DNA of 64,000 nt from an uncultured Acidobacteriota bacterium (GTDB lineage Bacteria; Acidobacteriota; Thermoanaerobaculia; Multivoradales; UBA5704). Below, one piece after another: positions 10,467 to 19,220 of this stretch. Within the stretch, counting starts at the first letter, position 1; every line of letters begins with the position of its first letter. A program made the translations under genes and the position numbers. The notes under the pieces were generated by a model. That model saw only the letters and a program-made list of their open reading frames with translations, was not told where the DNA came from and searched no databases. Location: contig CAVYRF010000002.1 of NCBI GenBank assembly GCA_963770895.1, positions 736,001-800,000 on the forward strand, in the 5' to 3' direction.

Positions 10467-11723
10467 ATGGCCGCCAAGAAGCACGTTCTCATCATTCCTG
10501 ACGGCGCGGCCGACCGCCATCGGCGCCAGGGCCTCTCCCCCATGGCCGAGGCGCACCAACCCTTTCAAGACTGGCTGGCCAGAAACGGTCTGTGCGGCCG
10601 CATGCAGACCCAGTACGAAGACCTGCCGCGCGGCAGCATCGTCGCCCAGCTGGGCATGCTCGGCTGGGACCCACGCCAATACCGCTGCCTGTCGCGATCC
10701 GCCTGGGAGCTGCTGGCGCTCGGCACCGTCGACCTGCACCGCAACGACCTGGTCTTGCGCGCCAACCTGGTGCGCACCGCAGGGCAGCGCCTGGTCAGCT
10801 ACAACGCCGGCTTCATCCGCAGCCAGGACGCCATCCCGCTCATCGACCGCCTCAATGCCCACCTGCGGAGCCAATTTCCCGAAATCGAGCTCTACCACAA
10901 CTGCGACTTCCGCAACAGCCTGGTCATCCGCGGCATCGGCGTCGATCCCCTGGCCCTCACCGGCCCCGAGCCGCACGAAAGCGAAGGCCTCGACCTGGCA
11001 GGCGGCGCGCTCCTCAGCGGCTGCGGCCCGGCGGCCCAAGCGGCGGCCGCCAGGATCAACCGCTACGTCGCCCGCGCCGCCGACCTGCTGGCCGGCGCCC
11101 AGGCCAATTTTCTATTCCCCTGGAGCGCCGGCTGCCCCCTGCGGCTGCCCTCCTTCAAGGCCAACACCGGCTTTCAGGGCCGCGTCGCCATCATCGGCTG
11201 CATGGACTTCCTCCGCGGCATCGCCCGCGCCGCCGACATCGACTTCTACCCCGTCGGCAACGGCCGCCCCGACACCGACTACGCCGCCAAGGGAGCCAAG
11301 CTCCTGCAGCTGCTCGACGACGGCTACGCCCTGGTCGTCTGCCACATCAACGCCCCGGACGAAGCCGCCCACATGCACGATCGCAACCTCAAGATCCGCT
11401 GCCTGGAATCCATCGACCGCCACATCGTCGGCCCCGCCGTCGACTACTTCCGCCCCCGCATGGCCGACCTCGGAGGCCTCCTGGTAGCCCCCGATCACTA
11501 CACCAACCTCCTCCTGGACGGCCCCCGCGCCGACGCCCACTCCACCGACCCCGTCCCCTTCGTCCTCTGGAACGGCCGCGACCGCCAGGCCGCCCCCGCC
11601 TTCCACGAAGACGCCGTAGCCGCCATCCACCCCGCCCCACCCCCCATCAGCCACCTCCGCCTCCTCGACCTCCTGGGCGTCCGAATCCTGGCCGCGCAAC
11701 CCCACCACCCCACCGCCGCCTGA
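10467..11723 (+). CDS. Cofactor-independent phosphoglycerate mutase-like protein (ApgM, alkaline phosphatase superfamily)
   Basis: IIPDG, GSIVAQLGMLGWDP, HINAPDEAAH, APDH, HSTDPVPF metal-ligand motifs. Confidence 0.8.
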   Translation: MAAKKHVLIIPDGAADRHRRQGLSPMAEAHQPFQDWLARNGLCGRMQTQYEDLPRGSIVAQLGMLGWDPRQYRCLSRSAWELLALGTVDLHRNDLVLRANLVRTAGQRLVSYNAGFIRSQDAIPLIDRLNAHLRSQFPEIELYHNCDFRNSLVIRGIGVDPLALTGPEPHESEGLDLAGGALLSGCGPAAQAAAARINRYVARAADLLAGAQANFLFPWSAGCPLRLPSFKANTGFQGRVAIIGCMDFLRGIARAADIDFYPVGNGRPDTDYAAKGAKLLQLLDDGYALVVCHINAPDEAAHMHDRNLKIRCLESIDRHIVGPAVDYFRPRMADLGGLLVAPDHYTNLLLDGPRADAHSTDPVPFVLWNGRDRQAAPAFHEDAVAAIHPAPPPISHLRLLDLLGVRILAAQPHHPTAA

Positions 11724-11764
11724 CCCTCGGCCGCAGGGAACACGCGAGATCCGTCGGCAAGCCG

Positions 11765-12176
11765 CCGTGCGGTAGGTCAGCGCAGGCCGAAGGCTTTGGC
11801 GATCAACGGCGCGTCGACCACCACGTGCGGCGCGATGGCGTGGTAGCCGATGGCGTGCACCCAGGCGTTGCCGGTGCGCAAGGTGAGGAACGTCTTGATC
11901 ATGCCCGGGCCAAAGTAGCCGAGGCCGACCAGGAGCAGCGACAACGCGGCGTTGCGAGGCGTATTGAACAGCGACCACCCTTCGACCAGGTGCATCGCGG
12001 CATAGGTGATGCCGCCCAATAGCACCGTCGTGGTGAAGGAACCGGTCAGCTTGAGGTACCGCGGAACCAGGATCGAGTAGATCAGCACCATGGTCGGCAG
12101 CACGGTGCCGATCAGGAACACGGCCAGCGACAGCGGCACCGCGGTCGCAAGCTGCCGGGCGTTCATGTGAAAGATC
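11765..12176 (-). pseudogene. Diverged duplicate of the 3' part of the membrane protein gene at 14840-15240
   Basis: Near-identical peptide HMN.RQL.TAVPLSLAVFLIG...APLIAKAFGLR in both places, with many synonymous differences. Confidence 0.85.
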
Positions 12177-12470
12177 CCGCGCCAGGTCGCGCATCTCCTG
12201 ATCGCCATCGATCCCGCCGCCATGACCGACGCGCCGGCCCTGCGCACCAGGCTCACCCAGTGGCTCCGCGCCACCCGCGCCGAGCCCGCCGCCGGCCCCG
12301 ATCCCGTCCTGGTCCCCGGCGACCCCGAACGCGCCGCCGCCGCCGAGCGCCGCCACAACATCCCGCTCGACGACGAAGACCTGCGCCTCCTGACCGCCCT
12401 AGAATAGGCAACGGACAGCTAGCGCGACCGCGCGGCGGCGCACCGCTCCATCCGGAACACGCGAATATAT
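12177..12470 (+). repeat. Diverged duplicate of the Ldh_2 gene 3' end and downstream spacer (copy of ~10062-10350)
   Basis: cgcgccaggtcgcgcatctcctgatcgccatcga... through to gcgaatata occurs in both places. Confidence 0.9.
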
Positions 12471-12481
12471 ATACTGTCGCG

Positions 12482-12913
12482 GTGAGCACAACCGATCAAA
12501 TCGGTACGACCGCAGAGATCGAGCTGGCGTTATCCGGTTTCTTCGCCGGCTGCCCGGCATCGGAAGGGCTGGCCGCGGCATACCTGTTCGGAAGCTTCGC
12601 GCGCGGCAGCGCCGGACCGGCAAGCGATGTGGACGTGGGAGTGCTCTACGCCGCCCCGCCGCTGTCCACCTTGGCGGGCCTCGGCTTTCACCTGGAAGCC
12701 GATCTCGCCCGCCTGCTCCACAGACCGGTGCAACTCGTGGTACTGAACCGTGCTCCCGTCGACCTGATCCAGCGCGTCCTGCGCGACGGCAGACTCGTCC
12801 TCGATCGCGACCGTTCCTATCGCATTCGTTTCGAAGTCCAGGCTAGAAACGAATTTTGGGACCTGCAACCCTTTCTGTTGCGCTACCGCAAGGCGGGAGA
12901 GCAGCCGCATTGA
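12482..12913 (+). CDS. mntA: MntA-type minimal nucleotidyltransferase antitoxin
   Basis: YLFGSFARG...SDVDVGV, VQLVVLNRAP; overlaps the HEPN gene. Confidence 0.85.
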   Translation: MSTTDQIGTTAEIELALSGFFAGCPASEGLAAAYLFGSFARGSAGPASDVDVGVLYAAPPLSTLAGLGFHLEADLARLLHRPVQLVVLNRAPVDLIQRVLRDGRLVLDRDRSYRIRFEVQARNEFWDLQPFLLRYRKAGEQPH

Positions 12914-13344
12914 CCGACGCCGACCTGGTCACCAAGCGCCTGGCACGCATCGAGACGTGCGTGCAAGAGCTGCGGACGCTCGGCAATCCAGGGCGCATCG
13001 CCACGGATCTGCGTGAACAGCGCTTCTTCGAGCACACTCTGCAAATCGCCATCCAGTCTGCCCTCGACGTAGCCTCCCACATCGTGTCCGACAGGCGCCT
13101 TGGAGAGCCGCAGAGCAACCATGATCTTCTCGACCTGCTTGTGCGCTATGGATGGATACCCGCCGAGCTGGCCCAGGCGCTACATCGCATGGTCGGTTTC
13201 CGCAACATCCTCGTCCGCGGCTACGAAACGGTTGACCTTGTCATCGTCGAGGACGTCGCCCGGAACCACCTGGACGACCTCCTCGCCTTCGCACGCGAGA
13301 TCCGTCGCCACGCCGCCCTGAATCCACCGCCTGCCGCCAACTAA
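12910..13344 (+). CDS. hepT: HepT/DUF86 HEPN toxin (catalytic His replaced by Arg)
   Basis: LQIAIQSALDVASHI...MVGFRNILVRGYETVD. Confidence 0.85.
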   Translation: MTDADLVTKRLARIETCVQELRTLGNPGRIATDLREQRFFEHTLQIAIQSALDVASHIVSDRRLGEPQSNHDLLDLLVRYGWIPAELAQALHRMVGFRNILVRGYETVDLVIVEDVARNHLDDLLAFAREIRRHAALNPPPAAN

Positions 13345-13348
13345 TACC

Positions 13349-14428
13349 ATGCCAAAGGTATTCATGTCGTATTCGTGGGACGACGACGAACACAGACTTT
13401 GGGTGCGCGATCTTGCCGCCCGGCTGCGCGGCGACGGCATCGAGACACTCCTGGATCAATGGCACCTCGTTCCGGGAGATCGGCTCCCGGCGTTTATGGA
13501 AACGTCGGTCCGGGAGTGCGACTTTGCCCTCATCGTCTGCACGCCACGATACAAGCAACGGTCGGACTCACGCGCCGGCGGCGTCGGATATGAAGGCGAC
13601 ATCATGACCGGCGAGGTCTACGTCCATGGCAACGCCAGGAAATTCATACCTCTTCTGGCGCGGGGTCCGTGGAGCCTCGCGGCCCCCTCATGGCTATTAG
13701 GGCGCCTCTACCTCGATTTCACCACGACGCCGCCGGATACTGCGTCCTACAACGACCTGGTGACGACCATTCTCGGGCGATGGCCTCAGCCGCCACCTGT
13801 CGGCGAGCTACCGCTGGAAGTGCCGCCACTCACCGTCGAGGCCCTCTTCGGCAACCAGGACACCCTGACCGTGAGCCCTATTTCGCGCGATTTTCGGCAA
13901 GGGTATAGCAGCTTCACCTGGCCCGCGGCTTACGCAGTGAACAACATGAGCCGGCGCGACTTCACCATCACCGGTATCGAAAACGTGCTGACCAGCGTGC
14001 GACTAGGCGAGCATGAGCTCCTGCTGAGGCAGACCAACGGCTCCCACGCCCTGATTATCATTTATGATGATTTCGGATCACTGCTGCATGACGGAGGCGC
14101 CACGGAGCGCCTCCCCTGGACAATCAGAGCTGGCGTCAAGCAGTATTTGAAAGTGATGGGTGACTACGACTTACTGGACCATGGCCATCCAGTGTTCTTC
14201 AAGAACGAGCAGGATGGCTATCAGCTTTTGACGGCAGCTCTCGGCGCCGAGCTGGGCGCCGACGGCTCACGGCCGGGCATTGTAAAGACGTTCGAAACGC
14301 ACCTGGCGCTCCACGGCCATGGAAAGCTTGTCTCCAGCCAGCGGACGATTCTTCTGACCCCGGGGTGCAAGATTAACTTGCAGCCCTTGCTGGACAGCGT
14401 CGTAGTCACCAAGAAGGACGACATCTGA
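13349..14428 (+). CDS. SEFIR/TIR domain protein with unrecognised C-terminal domain
   Basis: MPKVFMSYSWDDDEH..WV..LA..LR.DGI...LDQW, GGVGYE, KFIPLL. Confidence 0.85.
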   Translation: MPKVFMSYSWDDDEHRLWVRDLAARLRGDGIETLLDQWHLVPGDRLPAFMETSVRECDFALIVCTPRYKQRSDSRAGGVGYEGDIMTGEVYVHGNARKFIPLLARGPWSLAAPSWLLGRLYLDFTTTPPDTASYNDLVTTILGRWPQPPPVGELPLEVPPLTVEALFGNQDTLTVSPISRDFRQGYSSFTWPAAYAVNNMSRRDFTITGIENVLTSVRLGEHELLLRQTNGSHALIIIYDDFGSLLHDGGATERLPWTIRAGVKQYLKVMGDYDLLDHGHPVFFKNEQDGYQLLTAALGAELGADGSRPGIVKTFETHLALHGHGKLVSSQRTILLTPGCKINLQPLLDSVVVTKKDDI

Positions 14429-14430
14429 CA

Positions 14431-14676
14431 CTAACAAACACCCGTCGAGCTGACGTGGTAGTACGGCCTCTGCATACCACTGCACCAGCAGGTGCCGCAG
14501 TCGTTCTCACACGTACCGACAATCGTGGTCATCGAAGCGTCCGAATAGTAGACCCACATGCTGTCATAGGGTTGGGGGCGACAGACGAAAGCGTGCGCGG
14601 CAGATGGGGCTGCCGCCAGAGCGACCAGCACCAGCGCAATGATCAGACCCAAGAGGCGCAGACGAGGACTCGACAT
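14431..14676 (-). CDS. Small secreted Cys-rich protein (DUF6289-like)
   Basis: Signal peptide ending AHA, YYSDASMTTIVG motif, six Cys; GGAG RBS. Confidence 0.7.
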   Translation of the reverse strand: MSSPRLRLLGLIIALVLVALAAAPSAAHAFVCRPQPYDSMWVYYSDASMTTIVGTCENDCGTCWCSGMQRPYYHVSSTGVC

Positions 14677-14839
14677 GACAGGCTCCTCCAAGAGCGAATG
14701 GTTTGATGACGCAGGGCAAGACCGGCGGAACAGCCGCCCGGCGGTTCGCCACCCGCGGAGCCTAGCACAGCATTTTATAATTGCAGATACTAAGGTGTGG
14801 CTGGGCGCCCTCCGCAATGCCGTTGCGCCGTGCGGCAGG

Positions 14840-16156
14840 TCAGCGCAGGCCGAACGCCTTGGCGATCAGCGGCGCGTCGACCACCACGTGCGGCGCGATG
14901 GCGTGGTAGCCGATGGCGTGCACCCAGGCATTGCCCGTGCGCAAGGTGAGAAACGTCTTGATCATGCCCGGGCCAAAGTAGCCGAGGCCGACAAGCAGCA
15001 GCGATAACGCGGCGTTGCGGGGCGTATTGAACAGCGACCACCCCTCGACCAGGTGCATCGCGGCATAGGTGATGCCGCCCAGCAGCACCGTCGTGGTGGA
15101 GGAGCCGGTCAATTTGAGGTACCGCGGCACAAGAATCGAGTAGATCAGCACCATGGTCGGCAGCACGGTGCCGATCAGGAACACGGCCAACGACAGCGGC
15201 ACCGCGGTAGTCAGCTGCCGAACGTTCATGTGCAAGATCCCATCAAAAGCGCCCAGCTCGACGAAACTTTCGATCACCGCCACCACGACGATCACCAGCA
15301 GATCGTTCGCCCGATCGGTGGAGCGCAGGTTCAGCTCCATCGCCGAGTAGCGCCGGCGGAACCACACATAGGGTATGACGGCGAAGACGACAAAATTGTA
15401 GACCGCCCAGGTGCAGATCTCTCCCACACCGGCCGGGACGCTGCAACCCACCAGCGTGCCGGCGACGTGGAAGCTGAAGGGCCGGTAGCCAAGCGCCGGA
15501 CCGACCACCCATCCGCCGACCTGGCCAACCGCTGCATAGGTGAGCAACAGCGTCGTTTCCCGAGCCGCCTGGGGCCGGCCAGGCGCCCGAGCCGCAAGGT
15601 CGGGGATCTCACGCCGCCGGGTCAGCCAGTACACCACCGCCATCAGCGCAAAGACCTCAAGCAGGCCCAGGCTGGGAAACGCCACCTGCCGGCCGAACGA
15701 CAACTTTGCCAATGCCGGCCGGTCGAACGGCAGAACGCCACGCGCCAGCAGGCTGCACCGCTGGCCAAGATGCGCCAGCTCACGACTCAGCACCACGCTG
15801 CTGAACCCCACCTCCGGGGCTCGCACCCGCAAGAACGGCACCCAACGGTCCAGGACACGCCCCCGCCGCCGACGGTGCTGCACCTGCCAGACCCGCGCCC
15901 ACCACTTCCGCACGGTCTTTACGTCGAGGCCGAGCTGCCGCGCAATCGCCTTCTTCGCCACTCCACGCTCCCGCAAAGCGGCGATCGCTCCCCACATCCC
16001 CTCGTCGACCAACTCGCCCTCCTGGGCGCCTCCAGGCGCCGCAGAGAGCATGTCCGACTCCGGTGCCGGCAACGGCGCCGGCTCCTGCTCCGCATGCACC
16101 TCGGCCGCCGGCACGCCGGCCGCCGCCACTTCGCTGCTGCTGCTTGTTTCGCTCAT
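14840..16156 (-). CDS. Chimeric ORF: IS21 IstA N-terminal HTH fused in frame to a multi-pass membrane protein (CPBP/Abi-like)
   Basis: KKAIARQLGLDVKTVRKW HTH, junction near 15763, then hydrophobic helices and WVHAIGYH. Confidence 0.6.
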   Translation of the reverse strand: MSETSSSSEVAAAGVPAAEVHAEQEPAPLPAPESDMLSAAPGGAQEGELVDEGMWGAIAALRERGVAKKAIARQLGLDVKTVRKWWARVWQVQHRRRRGRVLDRWVPFLRVRAPEVGFSSVVLSRELAHLGQRCSLLARGVLPFDRPALAKLSFGRQVAFPSLGLLEVFALMAVVYWLTRRREIPDLAARAPGRPQAARETTLLLTYAAVGQVGGWVVGPALGYRPFSFHVAGTLVGCSVPAGVGEICTWAVYNFVVFAVIPYVWFRRRYSAMELNLRSTDRANDLLVIVVVAVIESFVELGAFDGILHMNVRQLTTAVPLSLAVFLIGTVLPTMVLIYSILVPRYLKLTGSSTTTVLLGGITYAAMHLVEGWSLFNTPRNAALSLLLVGLGYFGPGMIKTFLTLRTGNAWVHAIGYHAIAPHVVVDAPLIAKAFGLR

Positions 16157-16228
16157 TCCCTTCCTCCGTGCGGAGGGGGGGGGAATTTTAGCGTCCAGCA
16201 TGGGGGGAATTTAGGCGTCTCGCTGACA
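15764..16228 (-). mobile_element. IS21-family remnant (left end + truncated istA)
   Basis: Minus strand begins TGTCAGCGAGACGCCTAAATTCCCCCC, followed by the repeat GACGCTAAAATTCCCCC, a typical IS21 end; no istB or right end. Confidence 0.75.
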
Positions 16229-16230
16229 CA

Positions 16231-17077
16231 CGGCCAAGGGGCGCCAGCAGGTCGCGGTGGCCGACACCTTGCTGCGGCTGGTCGCCGAGCTGCCGCGGTA
16301 CGGGGTGCGGTCGTTTCGCTTCAAGGATCTGGCCGACCCGCTGAGGACCGATGCGCGGCAGCGCTGGGCGGCCTGCCTGGCCGAAGACCGGGCGGTGCCG
16401 ACCGCGATGGCTGACGGCGGCGAAGGCTGGGCGCTGCGCCAGGAGGTGCCGGAGTGTACCTTCGAGTCCCACCACAACTACCTGCACCTGGTCAGCTGCG
16501 TCTCGGCTGCAATTGGCAGCATCGAAACCGACCTCCGAACCCGCGGCTACCTGCGGGCGCTGTGGGATCACCTGCGCCTGAGCGACGACGACGGCGCGTA
16601 TGGCGCTTGCGATGACGTCGCACCGGTCGAGCGCCGGGCGCTTTTCCACCGCCAGGCGGTCGAAGACGAGAAACCCCACCGGGTCGTGCTCGCGTTGCCG
16701 TTCGTGCAGAAAGTGCTTGATGTTGAGGTTGACCAGGCCGTCGATATTGGCCTTGGCCGCGAGCTGGCAGCGGAGCGAGTGGTGCCGGTCCGAGAAGATG
16801 TATGCCCAGCAGTCGCTGACCAGTTCGCCCAGGGCGCTCTGCTCCGCCCGCCGCTCGCCCCAGAGGTGCGCCATGGGATCTCCCATCGCCGCTTCGGCGT
16901 CCCAGCGCTCGTAGCCGTACACGCCCAGGTAGCAGGGCGGGCAGCGCCACAGGCCGCGCCGCTTGAGCTCGCCCCCAACGCCGTCTGGAGGCTGTTCCAG
17001 GCATCGTGGAAGAGCTCCAGATCGGGAGTTTCACCGCCCTTCTGGCTTCGCAGAAAAGCGGTGAAGGCGGACTGCAT
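16231..17077. pseudogene. Fragmented hypothetical gene; frameshifted N-terminal part on minus (17077-~16640), another piece on plus (~16231-16620)
   Basis: Protein-like segments MQSAFTAFLRS..., ...NIDGLVNLNIKHFLHERQREHDPVG and ...RSFRFKDLADPLRTDARQRWAA in opposing orientations, without complete ORFs. Confidence 0.45.
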
Positions 17078-17324
17078 GTCGCCCCCTGCCGTCGACGCGC
17101 GGCGCCCGGCAGGTTCGCCGCCGGCGGTGATCGTGGGCACCCTGCGGATCATGGCCAGAGTCTCCGTCGCATTCCGCGCCCTCCATTGCGCGATCCCTCG
17201 CTGCCGGGGGCAGAACGCCGCCCATAAGCTCTTAACGGCGGGGATCGCCGCATTGGCGGCGCCGGCGCTCCTGGCGACTCCCGAACTCACCCGCCGGATG
17301 CCAACGCGGCACAAGAATCAGCCA

Positions 17325-17387
17325 ACCTCGGAGGCAGGCCTCCTCGTAGCCCCCGATCAATACGCCAACCTCCTTCTCAACGGCCCC
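17325..17387 (+). repeat. ~60 bp diverged copy of an internal segment of the ApgM gene (~11467-11525)
   Basis: ggcctcctcgtagcccccgatcaatacgccaacctccttctcaacggcccc vs ggcctcctggtagcccccgatcactacaccaacctcctcctggacggcccc. Confidence 0.8.
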
Positions 17388-19105
17388 TACGTCTTGACCC
17401 CCCTGCCATCTCCTGACACTCGGACGCTCCTGAGGAGTTCCTGGCCGTCATAGAAGCGGAAGCACCACTCGGCCCCTCCTCGTGGTCGCTCCAAACTAAC
17501 CGACATCACGTAAGACACCACCGCCGAGCAGCGGATAGCGAGTGCCCGCGCCCGGTGATACGCTTCTGAAAGCGATTCTGGCAAGGGGCACTGCGAGAAG
17601 GGAACGGAAAACGCGCAGCTATCGACTGCACCGACCCGGGCGGCGCCGTCCTTGCGAGTAACCAGGATCTGCTGGAAGTCGTAGGCATAGCCGGTCCGCC
17701 CATCCCGAGACATTACGTGCGGCTCGCCGCTGTATACCTCGACGACCCATTGCCCCGCTCTTCCGTCGGGAGTCATGAGCCCTTCCTCAGGGCTGACGAA
17801 GTGGCGGCTAACCACCGATTCCACTATGCCCGTGTTTGATAGAAAGGCCAGCTGCCATCGCCGAGCCGCATCCGCGGCGAGGAGTTGGTCCGCTAACCTG
17901 AGAGCCTCTCCGGCCGTGAGGCGATCCCCGGTCGACTCATCCGGAGGCAGAATGTCCCAGATATAGTTGCCCATCGCCTTCCGCTGCTGGTTGATGTCGA
18001 TCACGACATTCCCGTTTTCGATTTTTGTATGGAAGAAGTCGGCGTTCAGAACCTCAGCCTGCATGGCCGGATGCCGCACCTCGCCCGACGCCGCGTCCAC
18101 ACCGACCGTAAGAATGCTATCGCCCAGCGCTGGATCGAAGAACGACACTTTCCAGATCAGGAAGCCGCCGTCGCGCTTGTCGCACTCGAGCTTGGCGAGA
18201 GTGAAGAATTGCTCGTCGTCTTTGCGCAACGCCCCTCCCGCCCGTCCGCAGTCGAGGGCGCGCGCGATGGCGGCGTCGGAATCGACGAAACCACCCGTGA
18301 TTGGAAGCGGCCTGAACCGAGTGTATCTTTTCGCGACGTGCTTCACGTTGGCCCCATCGTACTCGATGAGATCCTTCGCCCGCTTCTCTGAAATGCTCGG
18401 CTGCTCATTGAGGGCGCAGGAATAAATGACCACAGAGTCCGGAACAGGCCGCGGGTCCAGGTCGAGGAGGAATAGGGTGGGCAGAGCATGGATCTTGCCA
18501 TCGATCACAGCATAGGCCTGCACCGAGGCCTTTTCTGGATCGAAGAATTCGGTGATCCAAAGGCGGCTGGCGCCGTTCGTCGAATCAGCGAAGAGCCAGT
18601 CGCGTCGCCTGCTGAGGCTGTAGACGGTCGCGACACCCTGGTGAGAAAGGCCGAAAAGTTGTCCCGCTGGATTAACCTTGACCTTGACCTCCCTGGCGGC
18701 CTCCTTGGCCCTGAGATACCGTGGCTTCGGCAGGCATTTGATCTCATTGACAAGCTGGTAGAGCGCGCGACGATAATCCGAGCGAACGCGGAAATCAGTG
18801 AAGGCCATCTCGAACTGCCACGGCCCCACGATGTCCTCGATGAGCACGGGCAGGATGCGGACCCCGCCCATCGCCCTTGCCATCTCGATCTCCCTCTTGA
18901 CCCAGTCCGATTGATTTGCCGCCTTTGACAGGACCACCACAAGACATCCCGCGTTGCGGATACCCGTCTCAAGGGCCGTGAGGCTCTCGCCGGCCCGTAG
19001 CTCCATCTCGTCGAGCCAGGGCTCTATCCCCTCCTGGTGCAGGTCAATGGCCAGTCTTCGAACAAAGGCCTTGTCTTTGCTGCTATGCGAGAGAAAAACC
19101 GGCAT
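17387..19105 (-). CDS. TIR-domain protein with internally repeated (PepSY-like) C-terminal region
   Basis: VFLSHSSKDKAFVRRLA, WLDEMELRAGES, SDWVKREI (catalytic Glu). Confidence 0.85.
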   Translation of the reverse strand: MPVFLSHSSKDKAFVRRLAIDLHQEGIEPWLDEMELRAGESLTALETGIRNAGCLVVVLSKAANQSDWVKREIEMARAMGGVRILPVLIEDIVGPWQFEMAFTDFRVRSDYRRALYQLVNEIKCLPKPRYLRAKEAAREVKVKVNPAGQLFGLSHQGVATVYSLSRRRDWLFADSTNGASRLWITEFFDPEKASVQAYAVIDGKIHALPTLFLLDLDPRPVPDSVVIYSCALNEQPSISEKRAKDLIEYDGANVKHVAKRYTRFRPLPITGGFVDSDAAIARALDCGRAGGALRKDDEQFFTLAKLECDKRDGGFLIWKVSFFDPALGDSILTVGVDAASGEVRHPAMQAEVLNADFFHTKIENGNVVIDINQQRKAMGNYIWDILPPDESTGDRLTAGEALRLADQLLAADAARRWQLAFLSNTGIVESVVSRHFVSPEEGLMTPDGRAGQWVVEVYSGEPHVMSRDGRTGYAYDFQQILVTRKDGAARVGAVDSCAFSVPFSQCPLPESLSEAYHRARALAIRCSAVVSYVMSVSLERPRGGAEWCFRFYDGQELLRSVRVSGDGRGVKT

Positions 19106-19220
19106 ACGTCGCGCTCCTCCTTCTCAGAAACGGCCGTGATAGGCACGGGCGTCCAGACCTGCGATTTCGTCGCCGCAATACCCTGAAAGGCGCTGCTGGT
19201 CGCCACGGCCGCCGAGAGGC

